64,000 nt of DNA from Lytechinus pictus (Eukaryota): positions 1,428,001-1,492,000 of the forward strand of contig NC_087246.1 in assembly GCF_037042905.1 (NCBI RefSeq), given 5' to 3'. The notes under the pieces were generated by a model. The model had not been told where the DNA came from. It saw only the letters and a list, made by a program, of their open reading frames with translations, and did no database searches. Shown here one piece after another: positions 39,497-51,710 of the stretch. The number at the start of each line of letters is the position of its first letter. Position 1 is the stretch's first letter. A program made the translations under genes and the position numbers.

Positions 39497-41606
39497 CAGT
39501 GGCGTACCTGACATAATTCGTCGGGGGGGGGGGGGGGCAAGCGACAAGGATGAGCAAAGTGGGGGGGGGGGGGTAGTAGGCATGAACGTATAAGCATAAT
39601 TTTTTCAAGGGGGGCTGATAACTATTGCCCAAATATCAACTTCACAGTTTAAATTTTCGAGCGAGCGAAGCGATCGAACATTTTTTTTCAAATATTATTC
39701 AGCCTTTTTACATGATGTGAAACGTGCAGAAATTATACATTCGGTTATGAAATTACCAATACACGAGGATATTTGGGCACCTTGCAGTCCTCGTTGCCCT
39801 GCATTTTGCAGCCCCCCCCCCCACATTCACGTTTGGGTGTGTAGGTCTGGAAGTGGCACTGGAGGTGGGAAAGGTTACCCTCGGGTGATTGCACTTTATT
39901 GTCGAAATCAATTCTTTTTTTGGATATCATTCAAAAAATCAAATGTATTGGATCGTGATCGATTTATTTCTAATCAAGTGGTAATTGCAATGTTTATATT
40001 AAAATACTTCTTTTATTCCTCTTTGAAGGTGTTTACATTATGTTCCCGCCCAATTCTGCCCATTTTGAGACGTTATAAAAGAGGTATTTGACATTGAAAT
40101 CAGTTGTATTCATGTATTGATTTGCATTTGTTTTATTTCCATATACACAGTTAAAACAAAAATATATGCATCCATTCACTCATAAATAATAAATATGAAC
40201 GTGAAAATATATGCGATAGTAACATGATATATCACTAGATATGGGGGAAATCACTCACTCACTGGCAGGAATGTCAGAAGGGTGAGGGAATTGACATTTA
40301 AAAATAATAATTGCGAGCGCGAAGCGCGAGTTGATTTTTTTCTTAAAAATTTAGACCTAAAACAATACATTTTGTGCACTTAATTATGAATAGGATGGGT
40401 ATCTTCCTTAATAAATTATGCGAGCGCAAAGCGCGAGCTAAAAATTTTGATATTCCTAACTGGACACCAGACATTCGAAGCAATTTTACAGCATGAGTAT
40501 CCAAACAGTCGTGCGGGCGCGAAGCGCGAGCTAAAACTGTATATATTCCGACTTAAGAACTGGATATTCTAAGCACTTTTAGTAACCATGAACAAATTGG
40601 TTTCTATCTTAATAATTAATTGATGCGAGCGCGAAGAGCGAGGTGAAAATTTGAGATATTCCCCCCTGAAAAGTGGACATTCTAAGCACCTTTTTTTTTT
40701 TTAACTATGAACTTAAAACGAACAATTAATTGGTGTGAGCGCGAGCTGAAAATTTTTGATATTTCGACCTGAAGACTTTACATTCTAGGCACTTCATTTA
40801 ATAATGAACAGGATGGAATTTTATGCGAGTGCGAAGCTCGAGCTGAAATTTTTGATATTCCGACCTAAAAACCTGATATTCTATTTAAGCAATTTTTGTC
40901 ACCGTGAACAATTTGGTTTCTAATGATATATCTTAGATTTTTTATATTCTGACCTGAAAACCGGACATTCTAAGCACTTCATTTAATTATGAACAGGATG
41001 GATATACCTAAACAGTTATAAGTGAGCACAAAGCGCGAGCTGAAATTTTTGATATTCCGGCCTAAGAACTGGATATTATAAGCACTTTTTGTAACCGTGA
41101 ACAAATTGTTTTCTAACCAATCAATTGACCTGAAAATTTTTGATATTTCAACCTGAAAACTAGACATTTATCTTAGGTATCCAACTAAAAAATTGATGAG
41201 AGCGCGTAGCGCGGGCGAAATTTTAATTGTTATAACTATATTACCTAAAAGTTGTTCTCTACCCTTTTCCTGTCCCTGGTCAGCCCAGTCCGTCCTCACT
41301 ATCGCTACAGAGAGCTCTAAAAGTCGCATTGCGTAAAAATCACAATTTACCGATAAAAGTGTAAAGTTTAATTGACATTTACCGACAAAGATGGTGGGAC
41401 TAAAAAAACCGAATCAGTTGGAACAGCCCCGTGTGCCCGACAGTCTGCAGTCCAGTTTTTGTTTTCCCCTTTCTTTTAAACTCTTTCTTCGTTTTCCCCC
41501 TCCCCCTTTTTTCTCCCTTTCCTTTTTATCTTTTTAATTTTTGCTTGTGACTCGTCGGGGGGGGGGGGGCAGTCTGCCCCCCTGCCCCCCCTTAGGTACG
41601 CTAGTG
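39497..41606. mobile_element. 2.1-kb non-autonomous hAT-like element with an internal ~100-110-bp tandem array
   Basis: TIRs cagtggcgtacct / aggtacgctagtg. Perfect 8-bp TSD gactcgcc at 39489-39496 and 41607-41614. About 8 repeats of gcgagcgcgaagcgcgagctgaaattttgatatt...cattctaagcact at 40310-41230. Confidence 0.88.
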
Positions 41607-41763
41607 GACTCGCCTCTACATGCTACGCGCCTGCTTTTTGAGGACTGTTATCAGAACATTTTTTTTTTACATCGTGATTTTTCTTTGAAATTGGTCTTCT
41701 CGATGACACTGTACAAGAATTGATCGTCGTCATAGAAAGAAGTTTTGTAGATAACGTCCGAAA

Positions 41764-41916
41764 ATGTGGAAATTAATGCAATATAGGCATTATTTCAGTA
41801 CATATCACTTTGTAAACTTCATTTTATCATCCTCATTTGTGGTACTGAGAGTTGTGAGGCCATTTTGTACCATTTTCCCGGAAAATGAGGATAGCGAGGA
41901 ATGCACTTTCTCCTGG
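41764..41916 (+). CDS. TMX2: TMX2 (thioredoxin-related transmembrane protein 2) exon 1
   Basis: MWKLMQYRHYFSTYHFVNFILSSSFVVLRVVRPFC...EECTFSW aligns with the recalled TMX2 N-terminus (YYLLSALLS...CDFDW). Donor TGG|gtaaga, phase 0. Confidence 0.85.
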
Positions 41917-44900
41917 GTAAGAATTGACTTTGTTAAATGTGTCCCCATGTATTCAATTCTGTGTTGGCCTTCTTTTCCACCACTTGTTCATTCCAACCAA
42001 CCTTGTTGAATTTTTGTTCATTGAATGAGTGATTCCAACCAGTAATATAGTTTCATTACGAGATGAGCGATACGTAGGAACGTCCTAGCCTAGGATCATT
42101 TTTCCGAGATAGAAAGATTGGTGACAAATCAGCACTTTCCGTTCCACGAAGCCGAAGGCAATTTTTTTCTAACTACAAGTACAACTACAAGTAGTACTCT
42201 GCGACAATCCGAGTCTCCGACATCGTTTGATTATTGATATCGTTAGTATCAGAAAAATATTTAGAGTAAAATAAATGCCCGAATATTGGTCACTTGAGCA
42301 TAATTGGACCAAAACAAAAATACAATCATTGTCATTGAATCGAATAAAAATCATGTTTATTTCCACAGCTACAGTACAAATAATGTCATAAAAGATAGAA
42401 TTAAAAAAATTATTTATGGTAAACGGAAATTATTTACGAACTACCAGAACTTAAGCTTGTTTTTTTGCCAAAATCGGTCACAGTTACCAAATATCGGACA
42501 CGACGAGTTGTGCGCCGCGATCAAATTTGGCGATTTAAATCTAGACCCCAAAATAATTGCTTAATTGTTGATAAAATAGTTGCGCAAATGCTGATTTTAA
42601 TTTTAACTATCAATAATTTTGATATAGAAGTCTGTAAATGATGATAATTTACTTACCACAAGGACCTCTTTTGGCTCTGAACATTGGATGTCTTCTCTTA
42701 GCTGCGCACGACTTGTTTTGAAAACGAGCGCGCAGGCGTCAACAGCACGCATTTCCAATTCAATCGATATGTCCGATGTTTGGGATAGTACCATTTTTTG
42801 AAGGGTGTCGAATTTTCACGCCATGGGGAACCCCCGCAGCGGCCATTGCAGATTTTTTTCGATAGATCGAACAAGTACGATCTCTGCGGCGATATTTTTG
42901 GCGGAAGACACTTCCCCCTTACAAGATTTTTTGGTCATCGATCTTTTGGAGTCCATAATTAGTGAGGTTAATAACAATCTCTGGAAGTCAAAATAATGGA
43001 TTTTACCCCTGGATTTTATAACCCCTGGAATATTTTTTTTGAGCAGCACTTGGATCTACTGTGTGTGCAGTTCAATAGCAGATATGTTCATGCATCTTAT
43101 GCCAGTGCAGGTCCCTGTAGTTATGGGGAGGGAGTTGGAAGTAATTTTTGTCCGATATTTGGAACTGTCTGATTTTTGGGGACTTTACTCTAGTCTTCAT
43201 CGTCACGTGAACCTATTATTTCAAAAATCAGAATGACGACTTTTCATAAAGTCAAATAATTCAATAAATGGAGATCAAATAATTTTTTTATATATTTTTA
43301 ATTGTAGAATTGATATACAGAGCTTACTTTATGAGATGAAAAGAGAAAAAAAACTTTAAAGATTCACAAACATAACTGGATAAAATCAAAATTTTCATTA
43401 TTTCCCTTTTCTAGAACACAGTCCCCTTTTAGAGACACCCTTCATTGATTTTTCAATGAAAGAGACCCTTGTCTGACATAAAAATTGAAATAACTAAGTA
43501 ATTTCGACATTGTATTAGTTCAATATTCTAAATCTTTTAATAGAATACTTATTAAGACCTGATGATGATTTTTTAAATTCTGCTTGAATTAAATATTAAA
43601 ATAGGGTTTGAATAGTGTAAGCAAAATCAACGTGTCTGATTTTATGAGACTAAAAAGGACAATATGAGAGGCTGCGTGTGAAAAATTGAATTTATTTATT
43701 TTATTTGTCAGATATAACGCAAGATATACAAATGTGAGTGTTTAGAGTATAAACATACCTTTGCATGAAAAGTAACCAAAGACAAGCAAAATGTGCTTTG
43801 CAATAATAAAACATAGAAAAATGTGTGAAATCAATCTGCAATTGAAAAAAAATACTATTTACAGAAACAATGCAAAAAAATGACAATGTTGTTAATGTTA
43901 ATATTTAAAGTTGATAACTTTATGGAAGTTTATTTAAGAACATAAGCTTCAAGAATATAAATATATATATGTTCAACATTTCAGAGTTAGGAGTCGAGAC
44001 ATACATTATTGCTTTAACATGACATATATGTAGGGCCTATCCTACGATTTAAAATGCGCCTATGGAATTTCCATAACCTTTTCTTTTATAGGTTCAATGA
44101 ACTTATCTTCATTTGTAATGATTGGGATGGATTTGTAAGCTGAGGCCTAATCTGTATTTTAAATTCAATTAGCTATTTTATTACCGCATATTTTTTGTTT
44201 GTTTCATTCATCATAATTAGCACAAATCCAACAATTTCCATTGATTAAAATTAATCTCAGCAAATAAGATAATAATAACAAAATGAAAATGAATTAAAAA
44301 TAAAAAAATGATTTAGTATGTTTAGTAACAACTTAGTTTTGTATCGTGTTTTTCGTTTTTTTTGCTGAACGTTATAAACATATTTTCTTTAAAAAAATTT
44401 TGTTTCCATGAATTATCTAATGATAAAGCATGAGGGGCAGAGGTTGCCACCCATTTCGATATTTCAAGTTTGGTTAAAAAAAATATTGGAAAAGGGGTAC
44501 CAGGAAAAGAAGGAGAAAATGTGAGAAAAAATAAAAGAAAACTAAAAATTATTTGTGCCTATATTACCACGGATAAGTTAAAATGACATCCGTTTTGAAA
44601 TTGATGACAGCCCCATATAAAAAATAACTTGACGCCATCCCAGATGAAATGTATCAGAGTGCAATCGAATGACCCCCCCCCCCCCTGAAATGTTTAAAGG
44701 TGATGTCAGTGTGGCTTGCTGTATATGTATTTAATCGTATTCTGCATTCTACCATATTCAATCACACAGAAGTGACAGGACAAGGAATAACTGTTAATTC
44801 AACAAGGTCTGGAAAACTATTTCCTGTAGGCAAATGGTTAAATTAAATTGTTAAAGATTTTTAAATTATTTTGCGTGTTTACTTTTGATAAAATAATTAT

Positions 44901-45499
44901 TAAAATCTGACTTTACTTCATGAAACACTACATCACTAGCGCCAAACTGTGAATCATGAGAAAAATTTGTTGATCTTGGCTTTTGTCACAGAAAGCAGTG
45001 GCGCAATATGAATGGACCAATACTCGGCCGGACAATCCAAGCACCGCCTGATTCCCCTGTCTAGTTGGCAATCAGGCCCATTGATTGTACAATCATTTCC
45101 CTGAAAAATGCCAAGATGGCTGCATAACCATCATAAAAATGTTATATGCGATTTCTATTAAGAAAACATTTTGTGTTTAACATGCATCCAAGTATAATGT
45201 CATCTTCGAGATAGGCTGCAGAGCCCTTTGAAGATTATAACAGATGACGATGATGATGATGATGACTATCCAAGATTTTTTTCTTAATCTTCTTGCTTCT
45301 CAATCTTGCAGTCCTAGATGAGAGAAGGTTAGTTATCAAAATTCTAAGCCATTGAAACGCTTGTGAACTTAGAAAGCAAATTCAATTGCATGCAAGTTTG
45401 TATTTAAATCTTGATTCCTTGACCCCTGATGTACAGTACATGTGTATGTTGATTTTAGACTAATGTACCATTTTTTTTTTACATTGTTCTCTCTTTCAG

Positions 45500-45674
45500 A
45501 ATGAGTCTAATATTCTCCTCTTCCTTGCCTGTACCATCGCCATCAAGAACAGGAAAAGACCACCTTTGAGGGAGATTCTGGTCAAGATTTTCATGTTCTT
45601 CAAGGTTGCAAATACAATTCTGTTCTTTATGACTGACCCTCGACTTGCTATTATATTTGCTGCTGTTTGTATTG
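45500..45674 (+). CDS. TMX2: TMX2 exon 2
   Basis: tttcag|NESNILLFLACTIAIKNRK...IFMFFKVANTILFFMTDPRLAIIFAAVCI|gtaaga; 175 nt, phase 0 to 1. Confidence 0.92.
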
Positions 45675-47030
45675 GTAAGAAAATTTGATGTACATGTTGG
45701 CTTTAGGGAGGTAGATAGCCATTTGGTCTACAATCAATTTGTTTACTTTAATCCACATGGTCTAATCTTACAACTAATGAGTCTACGAACCATCTTATTG
45801 CCATGTAACTTGTTTATTATTTTGTCTAATTTACAGTTGGGTTATAGTCCATATATGTCTAATATCAACTTAGTTTAACACTCAGCATGGTCACTTAGTG
45901 TATTTGATTACAAGAAACTGTTTATGAATCCAAATTTAACTTTGACAAAGTCCAAAAGAATTAGTAAACAAAGTAGAAATTAGACCATCTAGGCATTAGA
46001 CTGAATGGGAATTAGACTAAGTGTGTATTAGACCAAACAGCAATTCAACAAAAGTGATAGTACAGCTGTAGACCAAATGGGTTTAGCCTGTATGTGGTAT
46101 TAGACTATCTGAGAAATCAGCCCTCTGCTTGTAGACCAAATGGGTTTAGCCTAGGTTGTATTAGACCAAGCAAATATACCTTAGGTGAAAATGATTAATC
46201 GCCCGAGTTGGTAATTTTATGTACTTCTTTAGCTTAGCATTTGTTGCTAACTGATCATTTTTTTTGTTAAAGTGAGACTCTTTTTTTTTTTTTACATCAA
46301 ATAACTTTTAGTTTAGTGTTATTAGTAGATCTAGATGTCAACATCTCTTTTAATGACCCCCACCTTTCAGCATGTAGAATTTAATCAACTAGAATAAATT
46401 TGGTCATAACAGACAATATCATGATCTTTACTGAATTTTCACAGTGGGAAATAATTTTGACTGACTCTTTTTAACCATGTTGGATTATTATGTCATCATT
46501 GTAAGCTCTGAACATTGTGAGATAATAAATGACTAGCTAAAAATCAAGTAAAATTACCTGGAAAAATGTTGTTAGTACATGCATATTAAAGCTCTTATGG
46601 GCATGTACTTATCTTAGAGAAAAGATCTGTCTCATGACAGAATTTCTTGCTTACATGAATTTTCTCTTCCTAACAAAGTTCTTACTTTCTACTCGAATTA
46701 TTAAGGTCATGGTATTTAATGCATACAAATATCTGGTCATTTTGTTCGATTCTGTGTATTGATGTACTTTTGCAAATGTTAGATATTGACCAAAATTGTC
46801 ATATTAAAGGGAACATTTCACAAATCAAGGCAATTCTAGATCCTTCATGAAGCTGGTTATTAACTCTCCTTAGTAGCACAGATCTTGTATGTCCCAGGAA
46901 AGTTAACTTGTTGATATACTACAAATTCATATATATTTATACCTGGTTTTATTGGGGGTAGAGGAAACTAGATACCAATCATGAAAGGGAAGTTATTACA
47001 TTGACCTTGCCTTTATTTTTCTCTTTGTAG

Positions 47031-47107
47031 GATGTATGGTTGTTTTTCCAGAGCCAGCCTACATTGGACCACAGGATATTGTTTACTTCAAAGGAGATGC
47101 TTTGGAG
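47031..47107 (+). CDS. TMX2: TMX2 exon 3
   Basis: ttgtag|(G)CMVVFPEPAYIGPQDIVYFKGDALE|gtaatt; 77 nt, phase 1 to 0. Confidence 0.92.
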
Positions 47108-47495
47108 GTAATTCCTAATTTCCTTGCTTCCTGTTAAAGTTTAAATCATACTTTGTTAAACCATACCAGAACAGATCCATCTCGAGACGTTTTTCTTTCT
47201 CATATTGGCAAGGAAGTGTATTCACATGGAATAATTTTCCTGATATCACATCACAATTTGCTCCACCTTTTCTTTCGTAATGGCTATACAGAATTTCTTT
47301 GGTGTAGCAATTATTACATAGGACTGTACAGAACATAGTGGAAAGCTTTTCTCTAACAATCAGAAATGCTAATTATTCCGTTTTTAGCCAGAGCATTTCA
47401 AGAGGAATTAATTCTGACTAAACATTGTGCTCTCATTTAATACAGGGTTAGCATGCCTCTTGAGATTGATTTGACCAATATTGTGATGTGTTATA

Positions 47496-48765
47496 CAGAG
47501 CTGCCAAATAGTACGATTTTGTCGTATTCCGTACGATTTTTCACTTAAAATACGACACTAGGATTTTTACAAATAAAATACGATTTTTTGAAAATATAGC
47601 TATGGTAAGGCTCGACATAACAGAAATCCACCTCGGGCAATCATTATTGAAAAATGTTAAGTTTTGGTGGCCCGAATCGGGCAACCAATAATTTTCAAAG
47701 TAGCGCAATTTTTCTCCCGATTTTGCACCATTTATCAACTTTATACAGTTCAAATTGCAACCAGTTCGTCATGCGCCCTTTTTGTTGATCTACACACAAA
47801 TACACACACACATGACAGTACATAGGCTTACCGCTCTAGCATACAGTAGCTATTATCCAGCCGGCCGGCTGGCGTGCACGTACGTGCGTGAGCTTTGCAT
47901 GAAACCACTGCAGCTACATGTAGCTATCTGTGCGCTATCAGCCTATTCAGACTCGGGGAGCTACGATACGAAATGTTGCTGCTAAGATATCTTCCACAGA
48001 ACTTTGAAAATCTATTTGCAAGCATTAAAAACAGGAATTATGACCTCTCTTTTGACTCAAAAAGACCGATTTCCAAATGTATTAATACACATAAAAACAC
48101 ATAGGTGAGTACATCACAGTCCCATATGTGCATTTGTATGTATGTTGATACTTGGTTTCTTTCGAAGCTGTGTCTTTTCTAGCAAAAAATAAGCAGACAG
48201 TTTTTTCCTTTTTGTCTCACCTGCATAGCAGAGTGAGACTATAGGCGCCGCTTTTCCGACGGCGGCGGCGACGACGGCGGCGTCAACACCAAATCTTAAC
48301 CTGAGGTTAAGTTTTTGAAATGACAGCATAACTTAGAAAGTATATGGACCCAGTTCATGAAACTTGGCCATAACTAGGTTAATCAAGTATTACTGAACAT
48401 CCTGCCTGAGTTTCATGTCACATGACTAAGGTCAAAGGTCATTTAGGGTCAATGAACTTAGACCATGTTGGGGGAATCAACATCAAAATCTTAACCTAAG
48501 GTTAAGTTTTTGAAATGTCATCATAACTTAGAAAATATATGGACCTAGTTCATGAAACTTATACATAAGGTTAATCAAGTATCACTGAACATCCTGCATG
48601 AGTTTCACGTCACATGACCAAGGTCAAATTACAGTGAGCACAACAAAATAATGAGATGTATAGTAGGAAAGTACACGACGGGTATGAATAGGATTTTTTG
48701 TCTAAAAATAGGATTTTTTTGGGTGAAATAATAGGATTTTTTGTCAAGTGTGGTTGGCAGCTCTG
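47496..48765. mobile_element. Non-autonomous DNA transposon with 6-bp TSD in TMX2 intron 3
   Basis: Perfect 12-bp TIRs cagagctgccaa / ttggcagctctg. TSD gttata at 47490-47495 and 48766-48771. Subterminal (t)aggatttt / tacgatttt repeats. Confidence 0.82.
48211..48628 (+). mobile_element. Helentron/DINE-1-like (Helitron2) non-autonomous element, 3'-truncated, nested in 47496-48765
   Basis: T-run, then hairpin gtctcac...gtgagac, (GGC/GAC)n microsatellite and ~2 tandem ~195-bp units carrying aaggtcaaaggtca and catgaaactt motifs. Confidence 0.65.
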
Positions 48766-49827
48766 GTTATATAACACACAATTATAGACCAACCTTAATC
48801 TTTGTGAAATGTATGACACCCCTGAATGGTGTTTCATAAAGCTGTTTTTTTTTAAAGTTACAAATGACTTAATGCATGACTGGTGATACTTTCTTGTGAT
48901 ACATGATATATCCCTATGATAGGGATGACCCTATGTAATCATACTTAGCACCTAAGAAAATGTCCCATTCATGCATAAAGTTGTGTGTAAATTTACAAAC
49001 AGGTTTAAAAAAACACCCACCTGGATGGTTTTAGAGCAAGAAATAAAAGAATGCAAAATTAAATTCATGTAATCATTCAACCTGTAATTGTATGCTTACT
49101 CATTGGATTTGCTTTTTCTTATTTGAAATATACATGTATAGTAGTATTATTTATTCAAATGTTTTCAACTATCACTGAACAGTGTAACTGGAATTGCCAA
49201 TAAGCATTAATCTCCAGTCTCCACTCAAGCATAGTGTTTAGAAAATTCAAATCAATGTATTACATTATTTCAAAATTTGATACAGGAAAATTTTCTACAT
49301 AATATTTTTTACATCTTGTTATTTCATAGCCAGATATTAAGTTTGAATGTTTAGTATAATTAAATAAACTGCTTTTATATATGCTGCCCTATGGTCATGC
49401 ATCTCTTAGATGTTGAATAAGGAATGCATCCTTTCATTGAGATTGAAAAGGATTGTCTTGAATGGGAATGTTTAGGCAATACTATTTCAAATTGTGTGTA
49501 TTGTCTACAATACCAATACAGACAATTTTTTTGTTTGGGGGGGTGGGCCTACTTTTCATAACTTACTGTCTAAATCTGCAACATTAATCATCATCTGGAA
49601 CCTGGGGAGTGTTTTACTTATTTTGTCATGTCAGTGATTTTTTCCTTACAAAATTGTTCTCAGCCAATTAGATGCAAGGATTTGCAGTAGCTTATAACAT
49701 TTCTCATTTGAAATCACTGACAAAACTTTTCATGTACATGTAACACTCCCCTACTCAGGATGATCTTTGTAAAATGATTGAAACTTTTGAGCCTCAGAAT
49801 ATATTCTACATATACATGTATTTACAG

Positions 49828-50000
49828 GATGAACTGAAAAACAATCCCCGGACAACCTGGATAGTAGAGTTCATAGCTACATGGTCAGCCAGCTGCCATA
49901 ACATTGCACCAACATTTGCAGAACTCTCAACTAAATATGCCCACAACCATCTCAAATTTGGAAAGCTGGATGTAGGGAGATATCCTGAAATTGCTGAAAT
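49828..50000 (+). CDS. TMX2: TMX2 exon 4 (thioredoxin-like domain, WSASC)
   Basis: tttacag|DELKNNPRTTWIVEFIATWSASCHNIAPTFAELSTKYAHNHLKFGKLDVGRYPEIAE|gtaggt; 173 nt, phase 0 to 2. Confidence 0.95.
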
Positions 50001-50648
50001 GTAGGTATTCCCTTGGAGATTGATCTTTTAATTTACCTAATTGAGTATTGATCATAATTTGTGGATTTATTAATTATGTACTTTCACCTTACACCAGGAC
50101 TGAAAAATCAACCATAACAAGATTTGGAATAGATACATTTCATTTGAGGGGCCATATTAGTTCTAACATTTTCATTTAACCAGTCAATGTATAGCTTTAC
50201 TTTTTTTCAAAATGAAAATCTTCTTAACCTTATACTTCACAAAGTTGAAGTTGTTTCAATAATTTTTAATTTTAGACAAGAGGATAACACATGTAAAAAA
50301 ACCCCGAAATCTTGTTTCTTTAAAATGTATATTGAAAAGGTTAAATGGAACAGCTCATAAAGCGGTTAAAATTTGTATTCTGAATAACCATATTGGCTTT
50401 GGCCCTTAGTACAGATTAATTCTTAAAGTGTGTATATTTTTTTGTCTTATGGAAATTCAGCTGCAGTTAATTCCAGACAAGCACAACAAATTGATAGTAA
50501 TACTTTACTCTTACCCCATATATTCTATCTCACTTTCTCGATATTCTTCTCACTCTATATCCCCCCACTCACCATCTCTATCTCTTACACTCTCTCTCTC
50601 TCTTCCCCTATCCATATTTTCCCTCCATTTCTATTTCTGTCATTATAG

Positions 50649-50778
50649 ATTCCAAGTTGATTGTTCATCTCTTTCCAAACAACTTCCAACAATAGTCTTG
50701 TTTCAAGGAGGTAAGGAGGTAATGAGAAAACCAGGACGGAACAAGAACGGCCAGACTGTCAAGTATGAGTTCAAAAAG
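50649..50778 (+). CDS. TMX2: TMX2 exon 5
   Basis: tatag|(I)FQVDCSSLSKQLPTIVLFQGGKEVMRKPGRNKNGQTVKYEFKK|gtaatt; 130 nt, phase 2 to 0. Confidence 0.95.
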
Positions 50779-51484
50779 GTAATTCGTAGGTGATTGTGAC
50801 AAATAGTTATCCCCTCACCCTATTTTCTCTATTAATTCCTTCCTTTTGTTTGACTTTTATTTAAGAGAAAATAACTAATGAAGTGTACAATGGACCAGTG
50901 AATACAATGAAATTGAGATTGATCTTGATTACAAATATACCTATCATTGATCAATGAGTATGAAGCTATGTTTAAGAGAAATTTCGATTTTATTACTTTG
51001 TTGATATTTTTCACTGAAACCATTATTTTAACAATTTATGGGTATGTTGCTCTTCAAGACATGCTTTGTATGATATTCTTGCTAGTCATGAGATTTTGAA
51101 TAGACAAGTTTAAAATGGAAGGTTTTTATAATACAAATTTGGAGAAGAAAGCTTTCTATCTTGTGTTGTGTCTTCTAACTTTGCTTTGCAATGACAATTT
51201 GTTACAGTTTGAAGAAGAATTCTTATTTCAGATTTGCTAGTTTTCTCTTTTTTATTTTTATTTTTTTAAGACCAAATATTTATAGAGAACCTTTCCCCGC
51301 ATCTTTTTGTTGGTTTTGCAGTCTTGGGTTACATACAGTTAGAGGCAACATTCCATGGACCTAATATCATAAAATTTGACGTCATAATGCAGCCTTTGAT
51401 TTAATTTAAGGTCCAAGCAACTCTTTAATACTTGGCTTTAAAAAGTTGTCATAGTTTTTTTGTGTTTTTTTCTTGTTACCACAG

Positions 51485-51604
51485 GAGAATATAATCCGTG
51501 ATTTCAACCTAGATGGACTGTTTGCGAGCACTAAGAGTAAATCACAGAAGAAAGCAGATAAACAAGAAGCCAAAGTCCTAGAACAGGAGAAAAAAGATAA
51601 TTAA
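51485..51604 (+). CDS. TMX2: TMX2 exon 6 (terminal), ends KKDN*
   Basis: cacag|ENIIRDFNLDGLFASTKSKSQKKADKQEAKVLEQEKKDN-TAA. KKxx ER-retrieval motif. Total CDS 828 nt = 275 aa + stop. Confidence 0.93.
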   Translation, partial: ENIIRDFNLDGLFASTKSKSQKKADKQEAKVLEQEKKDN

Positions 51605-51710
51605 CCCTTTGATTACCAACCAAGAGGTAGAGTTTACCAGTTGGGGTTGGGATCCAGGTGGTCCCTGTACAAGGTCTATATGGGAATTGGAGAATTCAGG
51701 AGCCAAAGGG
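51605..51710. mobile_element. piggyBac-like MITE (CCC...GGG, TTAA TSD) at the TMX2 stop codon
   Basis: ttaa|ccctttg ... caaaggg|ttaa; the left TTAA (51601-51604) contains the TAA stop. Confidence 0.6.

Noticed and set aside
45116..45327. Canonical TMX2 first coding exon at 45.1-45.3 kb
   Set aside because: ATG 45116 stops after 3 codons and the exon-2 frame contains a TGA; 41764-41916 matches the TMX2 N-terminus far better.
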